A stretch of 62,519 nt of DNA, filler included, from Fonticula-like sp. SCN 57-25 (Eukaryota): assembly GCA_001724245.1 (NCBI GenBank). It is 9 parts of 9 records of this genome, joined end to end, with 100 filler letters (N's around TTAATTAATTAA, not from the genome) between each part and the next. Parts side by side here need not be neighbours in the genome. Positions count along the whole stretch, not along the records: positions 55,892 to 62,519 come from MEDX01000430.1; 8 more parts are not named here. One strand, given 5' to 3'. Below the pieces are notes generated by a model, which was given only the letters and a program-made list of their open reading frames with translations, ran no database searches and was not told the DNA's origin. Positions 59,159 to 62,519 of the stretch are shown piece after piece. The first letter of the stretch is position 1. Each line of letters begins with the position of its first letter. The position numbers and the translations under genes were made by a program.

Positions 59159-61384
59159 ATGGATATCAGATCAATATATCGAGCTCCCTATGATCGCGAT
59201 AGAAGTACTAATTGGAATTCAATATCTGATGAAGCTGAGGCTCTCGATTCCATTGTTGAATCCATGGAATCTATCGCTCTTGCAAACAAGGGTATTATTA
59301 AGCGAACAAAACAAGTTGGAAAAGATTACAAGTTAGACCCTTCAACTAATTTTACTCGCAACAGACAGTTATCTAGGCTCATTCTTCGCTTCAAAGATTC
59401 AAAAACTCCGGAAGCGATCAGAATTTATTCATTTCTTATAAATTTGGCTGCTTATGAAGCAAATGTTGCCAGTAAGGTTAAGAGTAATTTTAACCTGATC
59501 AGTAATTTAAGAGAAGATGCTGACGATGTTGATACTATGTTTACTAGCATCATCAACGCTCTGATGGCTGAAAGTCAAGAAATGATAGATTTTCTTGAAG
59601 AAAATGATATCTCCTATGAGGAGGGATTCATTCCAACCACAATTGGTAAACTTTTACAACCAAATTCAAAGCAAGCTTATGATAATAGTTTAAAGGCAAT
59701 TCTCGACGCGATCGAAATAATCGCTCCATTTATCCCTGGTGATCGAGTTAATGAACTGAATCGGGAAGATGTTTTACATAAAAATATGAATGAAATGAAA
59801 GGTTTCGTTAACAATTTGATCAATCAAATCGCTGCACTCCCACAAGCTAATGATCATAAGCAATCTCTCGAAATTCTTCTACAAATTGAAGATGCAATTC
59901 TTAAGGGCAATCTGGATTTAGAAGCAATGAAGACTTTCGTTAGATTGTTACCTGCAAATTTCAAACCTCTCAAGGACTTAATTGAAAAGGGTCTCGATAA
60001 AAAGGATATTGAACAATTGGTTGATGAGCAGCAAGGTTTACCCTCTTATCTAACAAAGGACGAGAATGATAAAATTTTTGTTGATGTTAATGATTTTATA
60101 AACCAGTTATACGGTCAAGTTTCCGGTTCATCAAAGGATGATACTATAAATTCAGATCTACTAGAACAAGTCAATGAAAACCCAAAGGTCAGGTATTTCG
60201 GAAATGTTGCTAATAATAAAGCGCGTGAACACTTAAAAATACTCTTTGTGATTGGTGATGAAAATCCTTACACATTACAAGATAGAGAAGGATACTTAGT
60301 TTATCAAGTTACAAAAGATAGTGATCTTGATAAATTACTAACACTTGATATTTCCAAAATAGACAGTCTAACAACTGAAGCAATTGAGCAATATCTCAGA
60401 TTAATTGAATATACAGGGCTTACATTTAAGGATGGATCAGAAGCTCAAAACAAAATTAACACTTTGAAAGAGATTCTTAACCCCCCACCAAAGAAAGATA
60501 TCGAAGAAGTTGAGGATATCGAAGAAGTACAGGAGGAACCAAAGGAGGAACCAAAGGAGGAACCAAAGGAGGAATCCGTTGATGAAGGCTCTTCTTCAAA
60601 GAATGAATACGATTTGAGCGGTTCTTCGGAACATATCAAAACTATATTAAAGGATTTTTCCTCACAAAAAATATTTGCAGACACATTAAGAGATATTGGG
60701 GGTAATATAACAGTACTTGGTCAACCAGCCAAGCTTGAGAAACAACTATTTTTACATCCTCGGGATAATACCGGTGATTTTTTAGTTTTAAGAAATATCG
60801 ACGGTGATATCGTTTTTGATGATATACCCAGAACATCAGCACTTCAAGCGATGTTGGAATTACCACCTGTTCAGATTGAATCATTCATTGATCAAATATC
60901 AATTGACGATGTTGATAATTTTAAGAAAATTATGGAAACGGCAGGGGTTGGTGATACTTTAAAGGTAAAGTATGTTAGGGGGATTAGAAAACTCAAGGAA
61001 GAACCACCACAAACTCCAATTTCTAAAGAATCAACTCCCCAATCTGACGAATTCTTTACACCACAACTAGAAATACCACAAACTCCCTCGAAGAAATCGA
61101 AGCGTAAATCAAAAAAGAGTGGTAAGGGATTGTTATATACAGAACTACGCGATCAAGAGGCTAAACTAGGAAATACTAGTAGACTTGCTAAAAAGCAGGC
61201 TCAACTTGTTCGATCCAAACAAACAATTGATTTTTCAAAACTGGCTAAACTTGGTATTCCTCTGAGTGTTCCAAACGCTCCCAAATTGTCACTTGCAAAG
61301 TTGAAAAATATATCTATGAATGGAAGAACCGCAAATCAGCGAAATATAGCTTTAGATGAGATTGAAAGACGTTCTAGATTGTAA
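59159..61384 (+). CDS. Large hypothetical viral protein (741 aa), possible core/structural protein
   Basis: Long ORF with an EEPK repeat and basic KKSKRKSKKSGKGLL near the C-terminus. Confidence 0.75.
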   Translation: MDIRSIYRAPYDRDRSTNWNSISDEAEALDSIVESMESIALANKGIIKRTKQVGKDYKLDPSTNFTRNRQLSRLILRFKDSKTPEAIRIYSFLINLAAYEANVASKVKSNFNLISNLREDADDVDTMFTSIINALMAESQEMIDFLEENDISYEEGFIPTTIGKLLQPNSKQAYDNSLKAILDAIEIIAPFIPGDRVNELNREDVLHKNMNEMKGFVNNLINQIAALPQANDHKQSLEILLQIEDAILKGNLDLEAMKTFVRLLPANFKPLKDLIEKGLDKKDIEQLVDEQQGLPSYLTKDENDKIFVDVNDFINQLYGQVSGSSKDDTINSDLLEQVNENPKVRYFGNVANNKAREHLKILFVIGDENPYTLQDREGYLVYQVTKDSDLDKLLTLDISKIDSLTTEAIEQYLRLIEYTGLTFKDGSEAQNKINTLKEILNPPPKKDIEEVEDIEEVQEEPKEEPKEEPKEESVDEGSSSKNEYDLSGSSEHIKTILKDFSSQKIFADTLRDIGGNITVLGQPAKLEKQLFLHPRDNTGDFLVLRNIDGDIVFDDIPRTSALQAMLELPPVQIESFIDQISIDDVDNFKKIMETAGVGDTLKVKYVRGIRKLKEEPPQTPISKESTPQSDEFFTPQLEIPQTPSKKSKRKSKKSGKGLLYTELRDQEAKLGNTSRLAKKQAQLVRSKQTIDFSKLAKLGIPLSVPNAPKLSLAKLKNISMNGRTANQRNIALDEIERRSRL

Positions 61385-61418
61385 CTAACGCTATTTTTTT
61401 TTAATAATTATTAAAAGA

Positions 61419-62252
61419 ATGGCTAATCTTTTCTTATCATCGTCAAAAGCAGAGAATGGAGCAAAGGGTAATGATTTTACGACAAGATTCCAAGTTCCCC
61501 TATCTTTTCCAGGTGGAGCAGAGAGATTCGAAGTTTATGCTGTAAAAGGGACGGCGATTAATTCTATCTTTAATATTGAAGCGCAGTATAATAACAATTT
61601 GCTAGCATATTACAATGGTTCAGTCTGGAAGGATGTTACATATCCGGATGGATCCTTTCCAATTCAAGATATAAATGAATATTTGCAAAGAGTTATGAAA
61701 ACTAACAATGATTATTTACCTCGTGATCCCGATGATCCAACCTCTGAGGATCAATTTTATATTGATATTGAGGGTGATTATAATCAGGGTATTGTCAGAG
61801 TGACAGTTTCGAATGATTATCAACTGGATTTCACAAAGTCAGATTTAAATTTCTTACTCGGATTTACAAAGAAGATTGTTACTGTTACTGAAAACAGTAC
61901 TTTACCAGTTGATATTAATCGTGGTGTCCAGTCCCTCTATGTTCACTGTGACATGACCAATTCGTCAGTGGTAGGATCCTCAACCTCCGGCGATGTTATC
62001 CTGGAATTCACATTTGCATTTACTGGACCGTCTTCATTATGCGATTTAACGCAAATTGTACCGCAACCCTTCGATCTAAAAGCGGATGTCATCAACTCGG
62101 TTCGCATTTGGATATCAGATCAGCGAGGACGCCCCGTAGATTTTAACGGTGAGGATTTCACGATTCAATTGTTAGTTAGAGAAAAACCCGGATATAAGCT
62201 ACAAAAGATTATTGAAGCGCTTGAAAAACAACAGGCTCTATCTAGACGCTAA
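61419..62252 (+). CDS. Minor capsid protein (penton, single jelly-roll) of Polinton/PLV type
   Basis: NDFTTRFQVPLSF, FNI...NN, PDGSF..DIN, LLGF, LYVHCD and INSVRIWISDQRGRPVDFNGE. Confidence 0.8.
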   Translation: MANLFLSSSKAENGAKGNDFTTRFQVPLSFPGGAERFEVYAVKGTAINSIFNIEAQYNNNLLAYYNGSVWKDVTYPDGSFPIQDINEYLQRVMKTNNDYLPRDPDDPTSEDQFYIDIEGDYNQGIVRVTVSNDYQLDFTKSDLNFLLGFTKKIVTVTENSTLPVDINRGVQSLYVHCDMTNSSVVGSSTSGDVILEFTFAFTGPSSLCDLTQIVPQPFDLKADVINSVRIWISDQRGRPVDFNGEDFTIQLLVREKPGYKLQKIIEALEKQQALSRR

Positions 62253-62299
62253 TGTTTTTCAAAGTAATTTTTTTTATCAATTATAAAGGTTTGTCAAAA

Positions 62300-62519
62300 A
62301 TGAGAGCTCTTAAAGATCCGAAGCATTTGAAGTATCGTATTCCCGGGTATACTGGAAGTACTCGGCATATTTTATCGTCACTTGAAAAATTTAAAAATCC
62401 CCCCACAGAATTAGAGGTAGAATATGATGCTTCTCTAATGTCAGATGCGGGTAATGAACCCCTTTATCCAAATAATACTACATCATTTGATCATTCCAAG
62501 GGTCCCGCTCCATTAAGTG
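62300..62519 (+). CDS. Truncated ORF downstream of penton (unknown product)
   Basis: ATG in an AAAAATG context, open to the window end: MRALKDPKHLKYRIPGYTGS... Confidence 0.55.
   Translation, partial: MRALKDPKHLKYRIPGYTGSTRHILSSLEKFKNPPTELEVEYDASLMSDAGNEPLYPNNTTSFDHSKGPAPLS

Larger units (their letters stand above)
55892..62519. mobile_element. Polinton-like virus/virophage-type genome fragment
   Basis: AT-rich, intronless, tightly packed ORFs with an A32-like ATPase, a penton-like protein and DUF5679-like genes; no host flank, polymerase or integrase visible. Confidence 0.85.

Overview
This window is nine unrelated contigs joined by an artificial linker (N-run + TTAATTAATTAA + N-run, which puts stops in all six frames), so adjacency across a linker means nothing biologically. 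Contigs 1-7 (1-49059) come from a compact, GC-rich, intron-containing unicellular eukaryote. Its gene set looks opisthokont-like (HIS3, WIP, CDK5, SRA1, SPRING1, ARV1, NSDHL, RPL11/19/26, XPF, SEC6, PEX14 and others), with bacterial-type ClC and GlyRS genes and a dead hAT transposase. Contig 8 (49160-55791) has a different composition. It carries a GH1 tail and a head-to-head gene pair: a Q-rich STAT-like (linker + SH2) gene and a gene fusing a degenerate SIR2-like domain, a DUF5753/PLD-like domain and a protein kinase. Contig 9 (55892-62519) is an AT-rich, intronless Polinton-like virus/virophage-type fragment with an A32-like packaging ATPase, a penton-like minor capsid protein and two DUF5679-like genes. 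It also has a candidate -1 ribosomal frameshift that opens a Met-less 195-codon frame missed by the ORF track, followed by tandem 3' hairpin repeats. All family calls are from motif recognition by eye; no database searches were run.
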